Positions 20,285 to 30,000 of a stretch of 64,000 nt of DNA are shown here, in pieces. The stretch is from Ostreococcus lucimarinus. Taxonomy: Eukaryota. The notes under the pieces are model-generated. The model had not been told where the DNA came from and did not search any database. It saw only the letters and a list, made by a program, of their open reading frames with translations. Numbering within the stretch: the stretch's first letter is position 1; the number at the start of each line of letters is the position of its first letter. The position numbers were made by a program, and so were the translations under genes. The stretch lies in assembly GCA_000092065.1 (NCBI GenBank), contig CP000583.1; one strand, given 5' to 3'.

Positions 20285-21715
20285 ATGGCGTCGACGCACG
20301 CGTGCGCGTCGCGATTGACGGCGAGACGCGCGGGGAGTTTGAATGGTAAGGTTTTGCGGGCGCGCGCGACGGGCGGGGCGCGCGCGCGACGGGCGTGCGA
20401 GGCGAGGGCGGAGATCAAGGAGATCTTCATGCCGGCGCTGTCGTCGACGATGACGGAGGGGAAGATCGTGAGCTGGTTGATGGGCGAGGGGGACGCGATC
20501 GGGAAGGGGGACGCGGTCGTGGTCGTGGAGAGCGACAAGGCGGACATGGACGTGGAGTCGTTCGTGGATGGAATCATCGCGCACATCGCGGTCGGGGACG
20601 GGGAGGTGGCGACCGTGGGAGCGCCGATCGCGTACGTCGTCGATAGCGAGAGCGAGATCGAGGAGGCGAAGGCGAAGGCGGGCGGCGCGCCGGCGCCGGC
20701 GCCGGCCGCGCCGGCGGCCGCGGCGCCCGCGCCGGCGCCGGCGCCGGCGGCGCCCGCGCCGGCGGCGGCGGCGGCGGCGCCTGCACCGGCGGCGCCGGCG
20801 GCGCCGGCCGCGCCGGTGGCTTCCGGTCGCGTCGTCGCGACGCCGTACGCGAAGAAGCTCGCGAAGAAGCACAAGGTTGACCTCAAGACGCTCGCCGGTA
20901 CGGGCTTGAATGGCCGCATCACCGCGGTGGACATCGAGAACGCCGCGGGCTTGCCGCCGACGCCGAAGGCTGGCGCCGCGCCTGCCCCGGCAGCGGCCGC
21001 GGCCGCCGCACCGAAGAAGGCGGCCGCCGTCGCGCCTCCGGCGCCCGCCGGCACCGTCGTGCCGCTCTCGGGCATGCAAGCCGCCGTCGCGAAGAACATG
21101 TTGCCGTCTCTCTCAGTTCCGGTCTCCCGCATCGCGATGAGCATCTGCACCGACGAGTTCGACAAGTTGTACGCCACTCTCAAGCCGAAGGGTGTGACGA
21201 TGACCGCCTTGCTCACCAAGGCTGTCGGCGTCGCGCTCGCGCAGCACCCGATCATGTACTCCACCTACCACGACGGTAAGGGCATCGTGTACAACGACAA
21301 GGTGAACATCGCCGTCGCCGTTGCGCTCGATGATGGTTTGATCACGCCAGTCTTGAACGACACCGCCAACACCGATGTCTACCAACTCGGCCGCGAATGG
21401 AGCGGGCTCGTGAAGAAGGCGCGCAGCACTGGCTTGTCCCCGGCTGACTACGCCGGCGGTAACTTCACCATCTCCAACCTCGGCATGTTCGGCGTCGACC
21501 AATTCGACGCCATTCTCCCACCGAACCAAACCGCGATCCTGGCCGTCGGCTCTTCCAAGAAGACCGTCGTCCCGGTTGGTGGCATGATTGGCGTCAAGAG
21601 CTTCATGACGGTCAACATCGTCGCCGACCACCGTCACGTCAACGGTAACGTCGCGGCTGACTTCGGCAAGACTTTGCGCGAAGTGATCGAAAACCCTAGC
21701 AACCTGACGCTTTAA
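20285..21715 (+). CDS. LTA2: Dihydrolipoamide acetyltransferase, E2 of plastid-type pyruvate dehydrogenase complex
   Basis: ATG 20285 (MASTHACASRL... transit-like). Domains in order: a lipoyl domain IKEIFMPALSSTMTEGKIVSWLMGEGDAIGKGDAVVVVESDKADMDVESF, an Ala/Pro linker, a subunit-binding domain (VVATPYAKKLAKKHKVDLKTLAGTGLNGRITAVDIE), and a catalytic domain ending MTVNIVADHRHVNGNVAADF (DHR motif). Confidence 0.95.
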   Translation: MASTHACASRLTARRAGSLNGKVLRARATGGARARRACEARAEIKEIFMPALSSTMTEGKIVSWLMGEGDAIGKGDAVVVVESDKADMDVESFVDGIIAHIAVGDGEVATVGAPIAYVVDSESEIEEAKAKAGGAPAPAPAAPAAAAPAPAPAPAAPAPAAAAAAPAPAAPAAPAAPVASGRVVATPYAKKLAKKHKVDLKTLAGTGLNGRITAVDIENAAGLPPTPKAGAAPAPAAAAAAAPKKAAAVAPPAPAGTVVPLSGMQAAVAKNMLPSLSVPVSRIAMSICTDEFDKLYATLKPKGVTMTALLTKAVGVALAQHPIMYSTYHDGKGIVYNDKVNIAVAVALDDGLITPVLNDTANTDVYQLGREWSGLVKKARSTGLSPADYAGGNFTISNLGMFGVDQFDAILPPNQTAILAVGSSKKTVVPVGGMIGVKSFMTVNIVADHRHVNGNVAADFGKTLREVIENPSNLTL

Positions 21716-21847
21716 GTCGAAACTTTGGTGTTAGTAGGGCGTAGCGAGGTGATTCATTAATACACAATTTCGTTTGTATTCAACTTTTTAGACGCGTTCA
21801 ATCAAATGCGGCACAATTTTCGCGGATTGCGAGCGACCCTAGTATAT

Positions 21848-23230
21848 TTAAAGCTGCGAGGACGACCAAGACTTGGCGACGGCATCGAGAAGGCGTTCGT
21901 GAAGTGCGCTAGATGCGGCGATGATACCGCGATCCAACCCTTCGATGTAACGCCCGCCGGCAAAATTGAGCGGCGCGCCACCAGCGTCAGACACCCGACC
22001 ACCCGCCTCCTCGACGAGAATCACGCCCGCGGCGTGATCCCAAATCTTTTCTCTGTACCCAGCCTTGGGAAACTTCATGAAAACGTCTGCATCGGCTCGC
22101 GCCACAGAGCCGTACTTGACTTGAGAATAAATGCGCAACGGTTTGCACTCGATACCGAGGTTGGTTGCCACCGCCGCCGTGAAACCCTGAGACGAGTTCG
22201 CCTTCATCACCGGCTCGGTGAATTTGGCTTTTTGGGGATCGAAAGCACCGCTGACCGTCACCTTACTCGGTTCAAAGTTTAGCTCCTCGTCAACAGGGAA
22301 CATGTATGACCCATGGCCGCGCACGGCGGTGAAAATACAGCCCTTGTACCAACCGAGCGAGTCGCCTGCGAGCATCTTTGACACCAACCTCGGCGAAAAG
22401 CCGTAACTGTAACTCGTCTCAAATTCCAATACGTCTCCTTGCTTGGGCATGTTCGGGCACCCCATGACCCCAACCTTCAAATCGCCTTCGTCCATCAGCG
22501 CCAGCGCGATGGCGTACTGATCACCTCGCACGAAACCGAGCGTCCCGTCCACCGGATCCAAAATCCAATGCTTGCCCTTTGCCCCGCCCGTACTCTTTCC
22601 TTTATTGATCGCGCTCACCACGTCTTGCGAGCTCAATTCCACGGCATCATCCCCAATGTGAGTCTTCAACGTCTTATTCACCAACGCCACGATCTTCGCC
22701 AGCGTCGCGGCGCCGCCTTCGCCGCCTTCGGTGAGCGCCTCGGCGTCCTCCTCGCCGACGAGCGTCATATCCGGAAAGTCTTGCGAGATTCGCCTGTTCG
22801 TCATCCGCGTCGCGCTTTTCGTCAGTCTCCGCGCCCGATCGCGACTTAGAAATGTTTACGCGTCCATCGTCGCCGCGATCGCCATCGTCGCTCGCCATCG
22901 CGCGTACCACACGATTATTGCCTGCGCCGCGTAGTCGGCGAGCGTCACGAGCGATCGATCCTCCTTCGTCTCCGCCTGTTCGTCCATGCGCATCAGCTGC
23001 GCCTGCACCTCCTGACACAGCGTGCTCGCCAAACGAACGGCGTCGAGCGCGGTCTCGAGCTCGCGGGCGTAGGCGCCGCCGTCGATGCCGAGCGACGCCG
23101 CGGTGTCGGACGCCGACGCCGCCGCGCGCGAGCGACGGGAAAGCGTCGAGCGCGCGCGATCGCGCTGGATTCGGGACGCGCGCGCGGGCGCGTGGGTCGC
23201 GCGCGATGCGCGGGCGGCGGTGGTCGACAT
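21848..23230 (-). CDS. SAL1: 3'(2'),5'-bisphosphate nucleotidase (SAL1/HAL2 inositol monophosphatase family), 2 exons
   Basis: Exon 1 is 23230..22911 (MSTT...YARELETALDAVRLASTLCQEVQ...KEDRSLVTLADYAAQAII). Exon 2 is 22793..21848 (..RISQDFPDMTLVGEEDAEAL...WILDPVDGTLGFVRG...KIWDHAAGVILVEEAGG). Joining across a 117-nt GT..AG intron restores the ADYxxQAxV-...-LVxEED continuity seen in SAL1. The two track ORFs 22856..23230 and 21848..22804 are in the same frame. Confidence 0.9.
22794..22910 (-). other. Intron of SAL1 (117 nt)
   Basis: Minus-strand donor GTGGTACGCG. Branch-like GACTGAC lies about 25 nt before the acceptor ACGAACAG. The length is a multiple of 3 and the intron contains an in-frame TAA. 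It removes the stop between the two same-frame ORFs. Confidence 0.8.
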
Positions 23231-23312
23231 CGGGGCCGACGAGCGAGCGCGCGCGGGCGTGTGCGGGGCGAGAAAGCAGGGGTAGGTTTGTCGCGCGCTT
23301 TATCGTACACGT

Positions 23313-24178
23313 CTACGCCGGTTGCTCGGAACGAGGCGGGCTCTCCTCGTCGAAGCACACCCTGATCGACACGCCCTTGGCGTCTAAATCCCACGCCATG
23401 GTGTAACACGCGGCCACTAAGGCGAGCACGGCGAGCCACTCGCAAAAACCTATGAGCGAATACGCCGTCCGGCTCTCGTCCTTGCCCACGAGCGCCGAGA
23501 GCGCGGTGAATCCGCCGACGCCCAATCCCGCGAACGCCAATCCCGCGACTTTCGCGCGCATGCTGAATCGACTCACCGCGTCTTCGTGTTTTCTCAACTG
23601 CGCGACGACGCACGCGAGCCATATCCACAGCGCGAACAAGAATCCAAACGCCGCCGTCACGTGCGCGCCGAACGATTCCCCATAGTTTATCGCCGCCGTC
23701 AGCGCCAAGCATATCGCCGCCACGTACCCCACTCGCGCGCTCCTTCGCCCGTGCGCGCGCCATCGCGCATCGCTCGTCGCGTATCGATCCAAATATACCT
23801 TCACGACCGCCACCATGAAGAACAGCACCCACGACGCGAATCCCAGCGCGAATTCGCTCACCGCGCTCTGCGGCGTCCCCGTGAACGTCTCGGAGATGAT
23901 CGGGAACACGTTCGTCGCGATCGCGCTCTGCGACGTCGCGAACGCGTAGGTGGTGACGATGCACGCCACCGTGCTCGCGCACGCGACGCGCACGAGCGCG
24001 CTCGCGGAGATCTGGTCGTCGAAAGTCGCGCTCGGTCAGCGCCTCGTCGTCGCCTCGTCGGCGCGCGTCCGCGCGTCGCGCGCGCGCGCCTCGACGCGTC
24101 GCGCCGCGGGGCGTCGCGGAGGGCGTCGCGTCGCGCGCGCCGTCGCACCTCGTCGCCGGACGCCGCGCCGGGCGCCAT
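23313..24178 (-). CDS. Multi-pass membrane protein of unknown function, proposed 2 exons with a 10-codon first exon
   Basis: Track ORF 23313..23993 begins on GTG and has no nearby ATG. The frame stays open upstream to a TGA at 24038-24036. I propose acceptor CAG at 24014-24012, preceded by CTGAC, and exon 1 at 24178..24149 (ATG GCG CCC GGC GCG GCG TCC GGC GAC GAG) ending at donor GTGCGA. The body has 6-7 hydrophobic helices (FALGFASWVLFFMVAVV, GFLFALWIWLACVVA, LIGFCEWLAVLALVAACY). Confidence 0.5.
24012..24148 (-). other. Proposed intron (137 nt) of the membrane-protein gene
   Basis: Donor GAG|GTGCGACGG at 24148. Branch GCTGACC at about 24040. Acceptor GACCAG| at 24012. Phase 0 on both sides. 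Confidence 0.45.
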
Positions 24179-24614
24179 CGCGCGTCGTCGTCTGTCGCGC
24201 GCGTTTCGCGACGCACTGCGCGACGCGCGTCGGGCATGGAGCCGCGCGCGCGCGGCGCGGCGGCGCGGCGGGGGAAGGCCAAGGTGCGCCGCGACGAGAC
24301 GCGCGACGCGCGACGCGCGACGCGCGCGACGAGGGCGCGCGCGACTGATTTCGATTTGATTCGCGACGCAACAGCTCGACGCATTTCGCGCGCGGGAACG
24401 CGGCGACGCGCGCGCGGACGCGTCGAACGATGGACGACGGACGATTGACTTGGCGCGCGCGACGCGCGACGGCGCGCGCGACGCGCGAAGCTCGAGCGAC
24501 GGCGCGGTGGACGCGACGACGACGGCGACGGCGACGACGGCGGCGGCGGCGGCGCGCGCGACGGACGACGCGAGCGAAGACGCGAGCGAAGACGCGCGGG
24601 ATGAGTTCGAGGAA

Positions 24615-26165
24615 ATGCGAGGGGTGCTCGAGCGCGCGCGAGCGGAGGCGCGTCGGGCGCGAGAGGAGACGGCGATGGTGAAGGCGGAGCTCGCGGTGCT
24701 GAGGCGGAGCGCGAAGGAGGCGAAAATGTCGGCGGACGCGGCGAAGGGCGCGGCGGACGAAGCGAGCGGGAGTCGAGCGGTGTTGGAGGCGCGCGCGGTG
24801 GAGGCGGAAGAGGCGCGAGAGAGAGCGGAGAAGGCGCTCGATGCGGCGGAGACGGAGGCGAGGGAGGCGCGACTCGCGCTGGACGCGGCGCTCGCCGAGT
24901 CGGAGGAAGCGAGAGCGGCGCGGGCGGACGTAGAACGACGATTAGAGGTCGCCACCGCGCGAGCGACGGACGAGGAGCGAGAAAAGTCACGTTTCGATGA
25001 AATTATTCGCGAACGCGACGCGGCGCTGCGCGCGAGCGAGACCGCGAACGCGAGATCGCGAAGTTTAGAATCCGCGTTGGCGGAGTCGCGCGAGGAGCAG
25101 CTTCGCGCCGAGGAGGAAGCTATGCAGCTTCGGCGAGATTTAGACGAGAGCCGCGAGGAGCGACGACGCGCTCGCAGTGACGGCGCAATTTCGGCCGTGA
25201 ACGACGACGGGACGAGCGCGGGCGACGTGGACCGGCGAAGGGGGCAATTTGTCGCCGACGAGGACATCGCGGCGCAGCAGGAGGAAAAGTACGCCTTGCT
25301 CGCCGAGTTACAAACGGAACGTCGCCGTCGCATCGAAGTCGAGGCCGAGCTCGAGGACGTGATTAACACGCAAAATGATATGAATGCGCGCGCGGAAACC
25401 GCATCGCGCATCGCCGCGGTGGCGGAAGGCGAGGCGGACGATTACCGCGCGCGCGTATCGGAGACGGAAAAGGCGACGAGGGCGGCGAAACGTTCGGCGA
25501 CGGCGTTCGAGAGCCGCGCGGTGAAGGCGGAGAGCGCCATCGCTGCCGTCAAGCTCGTTATCGGCGAATCCGAAGACGCGAAGCACAGCGACGACGAGCT
25601 GCACCTCCGCGTCCGAGCGTACGTCGATCGCAAGACGCGGCGGGCGGACGCCGCGCTCGCCGACGCCCTGGAAGAGGCCCAACTTTTGCGCTCAAAGGCG
25701 AAACAGATGGGTGAATCCCGCGTCACCGACGCCGCGAGCGTCGACGACCGCGTGCTCAAACTCGCGGAAGTTCGCGACAAGCTCGTGGAAGAGATGAACG
25801 CCCAATCCGCCGAACTCGAACGCGCCGACGCCGAGATCGAGACCCGCGCCGACGCCGTCGCCGCCGCGCGCGACGAAATCACCGACCTCGAGCTCAAGCT
25901 CGCCTCTTCCAACGCTCAAAACGCGCGTCTGATCGAAATCATCGAGGAACAGGGCCGATGGTCCGCCGCCGAGCCGTCCTCGAGCGTCTCCGCGTCCTCC
26001 GCGGCGCGCGCCGCCGTCTCCGCCCCCGTCACCCCCGTCAAATTCGCGCCTCGTCGCGCCGACGTTCGCCGTCGAGACCTCGCCGCCGACGTCCTCGGCG
26101 ATCGCAAGGCGCTTCTCGCTCGCATCGAGGCGCGCTTGCTCGAGATTCACGCGCTCCAACGTTAA
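24615..26165 (+). CDS. Long coiled-coil protein (Ala/Glu/Arg-rich heptad-like)
   Basis: Track ORF 24450..26165 begins on TTG; first ATG is 24615. There is a continuous heptad-like sequence (EARRAREETAMVKAELAVLRRSAKEAKMSADAAKG... LRAEEEAMQLRRDLDESREERRRA ... ELERADAEIETRADAVAAARDEITDLELKLASSNAQNARLIEIIEEQ). The composition-driven ORF risk is real. However, the K/E/L/I/M/Q content and the AT-rich end argue for a real gene. Confidence 0.55.
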   Translation: MRGVLERARAEARRAREETAMVKAELAVLRRSAKEAKMSADAAKGAADEASGSRAVLEARAVEAEEARERAEKALDAAETEAREARLALDAALAESEEARAARADVERRLEVATARATDEEREKSRFDEIIRERDAALRASETANARSRSLESALAESREEQLRAEEEAMQLRRDLDESREERRRARSDGAISAVNDDGTSAGDVDRRRGQFVADEDIAAQQEEKYALLAELQTERRRRIEVEAELEDVINTQNDMNARAETASRIAAVAEGEADDYRARVSETEKATRAAKRSATAFESRAVKAESAIAAVKLVIGESEDAKHSDDELHLRVRAYVDRKTRRADAALADALEEAQLLRSKAKQMGESRVTDAASVDDRVLKLAEVRDKLVEEMNAQSAELERADAEIETRADAVAAARDEITDLELKLASSNAQNARLIEIIEEQGRWSAAEPSSSVSASSAARAAVSAPVTPVKFAPRRADVRRRDLAADVLGDRKALLARIEARLLEIHALQR

Positions 26166-26208
26166 TTCACGCGCGACCGACCGCCCACCAGCCGCCATTC
26201 GAGACGAT

Positions 26209-26511
26209 TCACCGCTCGCGCTCGAACGCGCGCTCGGCGTCCTCGTACGCCTCTCGCACGCGATCGCACACCGAGATGACGTCCAACAGCGCGTCCCGCA
26301 TCGCGCCCTGCGCCGTCGTCCCGTTCGCGCCCGTCGTCTGCACGCGCACGCGCGCCTCGCGCTTCATCGGATGCGGCACCGAGTACCCGCACAGCGCGAC
26401 GTCCGCGTTGCCGTTCAGCGCGTGTCGCAGCGCGTTCGCCAGCGTGTGGTCCTCGCCCGCGAGCGTGAAGGTGGCCTCGTTGGACGTCGCGGCGCGGCGC
26501 GGCGCCGTCAT
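26209..26511 (-). CDS. RPAC2: RNA polymerase I/III shared subunit RPAC2 (AC19, RBP11-like)
   Basis: 100 aa from ATG 26511: ATFTLAGEDHTLANALRHALNGNADVALCGYSVPHPMKREARVRVQTTGA...AMRDALLDVISVCDRVREAY. The EDHTLxNALR and GYSxPHP blocks are the RBP11-like dimerisation signature, and GYS (not GYK) favours AC19. Confidence 0.82.
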   Translation of the reverse strand: MTAPRRAATSNEATFTLAGEDHTLANALRHALNGNADVALCGYSVPHPMKREARVRVQTTGANGTTAQGAMRDALLDVISVCDRVREAYEDAERAFERER

Positions 26512-27022
26512 GGCGACGACGACGAGTGCGGGGGCGAGGGACGCGGTTCGAGGACGCGTCGTCTCGGCGACGCGAGGCGCGGGAGACGGGCGGCGACGCG
26601 CGGCGACGCGCGCGGGACGGCCGGGACGGATGCACGTGCCGAGCGACGCGTTTCAGGGACGGTCGCCGGAGATCGCGGCGAGGGACGCGCTCGGGAGGCT
26701 GTTCACGGCGGTGGCGGCGCGCGCGACGCTGGCGGAGACGCTCGAGCGCGAGGGCGCGGAGAGCGAGACGTATCTGGCGTTGAAAGCGTACGTGGACGCG
26801 CATCCGATCGGGAGGGACGGGAACGATTGGTTGCGGGGACTGATGGCGCGCGACGACGCGGGGAGTCGCGCGGCGGGGTTGCGCGTGTTGGAGGCGCGAG
26901 AGACGTACGCGAACGAGGTGTTTTCGTTCGAGGAGGTGCGGGAGATGGTGGAGAAGGCGGTGACGGAGGAAAACGATAAGTTGATGGCGGATTACGTGAA
27001 GAGAATGCTGCCGAAAATGTAA
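26510..27022 (+). CDS. RBCX: RbcX-like Rubisco assembly chaperone with transit-like leader
   Basis: In-frame ATG 26510 lies inside track ORF 25958..27022. ARDALGRLFTAVAARATLAETLERE...YLALKAYVDAHPIGRDGNDWLRGLMARD...GLRVLEARETYANEVFSFEEV...EENDKLMADYVKR parallels the RbcX helices as I remember them (QSYxTYQAVR..L.E.NP, HPI..xD.YL..LM.EN, LRI..VRE..AE, N..L...L). An alternative start is the downstream MHVPSD (ATG near 26630). Confidence 0.62.
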   Translation: MATTTSAGARDAVRGRVVSATRGAGDGRRRAATRAGRPGRMHVPSDAFQGRSPEIAARDALGRLFTAVAARATLAETLEREGAESETYLALKAYVDAHPIGRDGNDWLRGLMARDDAGSRAAGLRVLEARETYANEVFSFEEVREMVEKAVTEENDKLMADYVKRMLPKM

Positions 27023-27074
27023 GCTATGAGTACAGATTAATGAATATTACACTATGACTATGAATGCGTCGCGT

Positions 27075-30000
27075 TCAGCACAAGTAACCGCGACAGTTGT
27101 CGGCGCCGCAATAGCACGGCACTTTGCCGTCTTCGCTTTCGAATCTGTAGTTGTACGTCAGCTCTTCCCCGGGCCGAACGTCGGTTCGAGCGAAAAAGAT
27201 GATGTGATTCGCGTCGTCTACTTTGACGATTTTTGAGTACATGTTCGGGTTGCAGCTGTGATTGGTGAATCGCGCAAAGTTTCCTTGAAACGTGCAATCG
27301 ACGACGGTGTCGTCGTCTTGTTTTAAGAGGTAGCAATCCACTCCGTTATCTTCGTAAAAGGTTTCGCGAAGATCCGCGACGGTGCTTCGACACGTCTCGC
27401 CTTTGAACTGCGTGACGATGGAACCCGCCTTGTGGAAAACCTTGGCCACCAGTCCCCATCCGTGTATGTTGGATTTGGCGAACGTGAGTCTATCGGAGTA
27501 CGACGCCGTCATTTGTTCGAGCTTCTCTCGCATCGTGAGCCCATGCTGTTCGACGACTTTATCATCCGAAGCGCCGTTCACGCCCCTAGCCTTGCGCTCC
27601 GCTTGTACCGCCGCAAACTCTTCGGGCGTGTACTTTTTTGAAGCAATCAACTCGCGCTTGAAGGCGCCTCGCGACCCGCGCACGATGTACGGCGTAAGTC
27701 CGACGTACAGACGTTTTCCTGTCTTCGGCGGTGGTCCCGTAACCTTGGCGTTTTTGTCGTTTTTATTCAATCCAAGACGCTTGTACACGTTGGCTTGAAT
27801 TTCTTCGAGCTGCTTGCGGCTGAGATTTCTCTGGTGTCCGAGCGATTTGGCGGACAGGTCAACGGTTTTTTCGCGCCGGATTTCGCATCCCCACACCTCG
27901 AGCCATTTTCCAAGCGACATTACCGTTCGGTTATTGAGGACGACTCTGATGTGATGGCTCCACTTCTTCGGTCCTTTCACTCCAATGTGGGCTTCAAACC
28001 GCGACCTCTCGTGGTACACCGGCCCTTGGTCGCTATCGACGCACGCTCGACACAGACATTCGATTCGTCGCGTTTGTACGTGATATGTCCCAGATACACC
28101 TTTGCATACGACGCTCACCATCGCTGGCAAGTCATCGGGAACGTGCGTACGAACGGCGTCTTCGTCTTCCGATTCTTCGTCGTCTGAACCCTCCATGTAC
28201 GGAGCGTTATCACCAAGCGCGATGCGTCGATCGATCTCGTCGTCCTCAAACTCTTGAGGCACTGAACACACCGAAAATGCGGCTTCAGGATTTTTCTGAC
28301 ACGTCCACATGTCGGCATCATCGGCAGATAACTTCTCCGCAAAACTTTGAGGGACGCGCCGCCACTTCCCGCACGACGGGTTCTCGCACTGCACCCAAGC
28401 CTCTTTCTCACGAGGCTTTTTCGGCCGCCCGAGTTCCGCGATCTTGGCGCGGTCTGCGGGATTAGACGGTCGTTTTGCTGATGTAAATTGTGCGTTGGCG
28501 ATCGCCAGTTGCGTCTCAAGTTGTGTGTTTTTGCCAGAGCTTAATTTTGCGGCTTCAGGCAAAAACGACAAATCCGGTGCCTCGCCATCGACGAATTTCA
28601 AATTTTGCGCATCACGCGTAAACGATATCATCAAGTCTGTCCCATCGTCGAAAATGACTTTATACCGAATGCCAGTGCGCGTTATCGTGACGTCAATCAT
28701 CGTTCCGTCTTTCCAGTCCGGTGCGAGAATGGTACCGGTGTCGATTTGCACGCGGCGTCCAACGAGAGCTCTTGCTCGAGTCTCTTCGCCGCTCTTATCT
28801 TCCAACTTGTCGTCTTCAAATGTTCCCAGACCGAGACCGAGGAGTGCGTGCGTACGCGAAGCTTTGGGCCGTTGGGCTTTTGGTTTTGCCGACATCGACG
28901 CAACCTTGGCCGTTTTTCCAGTATTCGCGAGCACGACGATATTGTGATCGGTAAGCCAATCACCGAAAGCTTGCTCGCCACCGTTATCGTCGACGACGAC
29001 TCTGATTGACGTTTTCCATTTCTTGGTGTGCTTCATACCCGCGTGCTGCTCCCATCTGTTCGCTTCCCACAGAGTCGTCGCGTCAGAGTTCGTGGCTTCG
29101 GCCTCACGTCTGCACCGTCCGCAGAGACATTTGATCAACGTATCTGCTGGTCTAAATATTCCTCTAAACGTCTTGCAGTAAATGTTTACTTCGGGAATAT
29201 CCGGACGCGGAACGTTTCCTTCAGGTACGGGTAAGCCGCCGGGAAGTGCCGGGTACTTTGCTTCCGGCAACTTTGCTTGCAGCGCCAACGTCGCACTCTG
29301 AGGTGAGCTCTCGGAACGCTCTGATACGGTTTTACGTCTCTTTGATTCCGGAAACGTCGTTGAGGGATCTAATTTGGCATCGGCATCCTCCACGGCATCC
29401 TCGGCGTCTGTTTTACCGCCTTCGGCATTGTCGTCGTCGTCGTCGTCTGTTGGATCGGCGTCGTACTCAACGTCGAGATCTGTCGAGAGTTCTGCGTCGT
29501 CGTCGTCGTCGTCATCCTGCAATAAGTCTTCAGTAGTTTCCATGGTATCGACGCGTTGATGCGCGATGACGTCGTCTTTTGTATGCACCATGTCTGTATC
29601 AGCACGTTCCGTCATGTCGTCGTCGTCGTCGTCATCCTCGTCGTCGTCGTCGTCGTCGTTCTCGTCCTCGTCGTCCGCGTGCAAGACCCGTTTACGAACT
29701 CGATACTTCTTCGTTCCTGACCCGGGAGCGTCGGGATTTTCTTCGTTTTCGTCCTTGATGTCCGCCTCCGTCCTCGGATGACCAAGTTGCTCGTAACGAC
29801 GGAACTTTGCGCAGTTCATGAAGTCTGTCTCAGAGTCTGAGCTCAACTCTGGCTCATCAGCGAGCGTCGCGGATGCTTCTCGTCTCTCGCGCTCTTCTGT
29901 TTCCGCGCGCATCTCCGCCTTGGTACGTTTTCGTTCCTTATTGGCACCACACTCCAACAGCCGTCCCTCCTGGCCGATCTTCAAGCCCTCTGTGCCGGCG

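Noticed and set aside
20690-21010. GC-rich GCGCCGGCG-type low-complexity DNA inside the PDH-E2 gene, which looks like a microsatellite or an intergenic tract.
   Set aside because: It encodes the Ala/Pro-rich flexible linkers that normally separate the lipoyl, subunit-binding and catalytic domains of E2 proteins. The frame is maintained throughout. The same logic applies to the poly-Asp (GTC)n tracts in the SET gene (about 29420-29680) and the Gly-rich (GGC)n tract in the KH protein (about 49590-49680).
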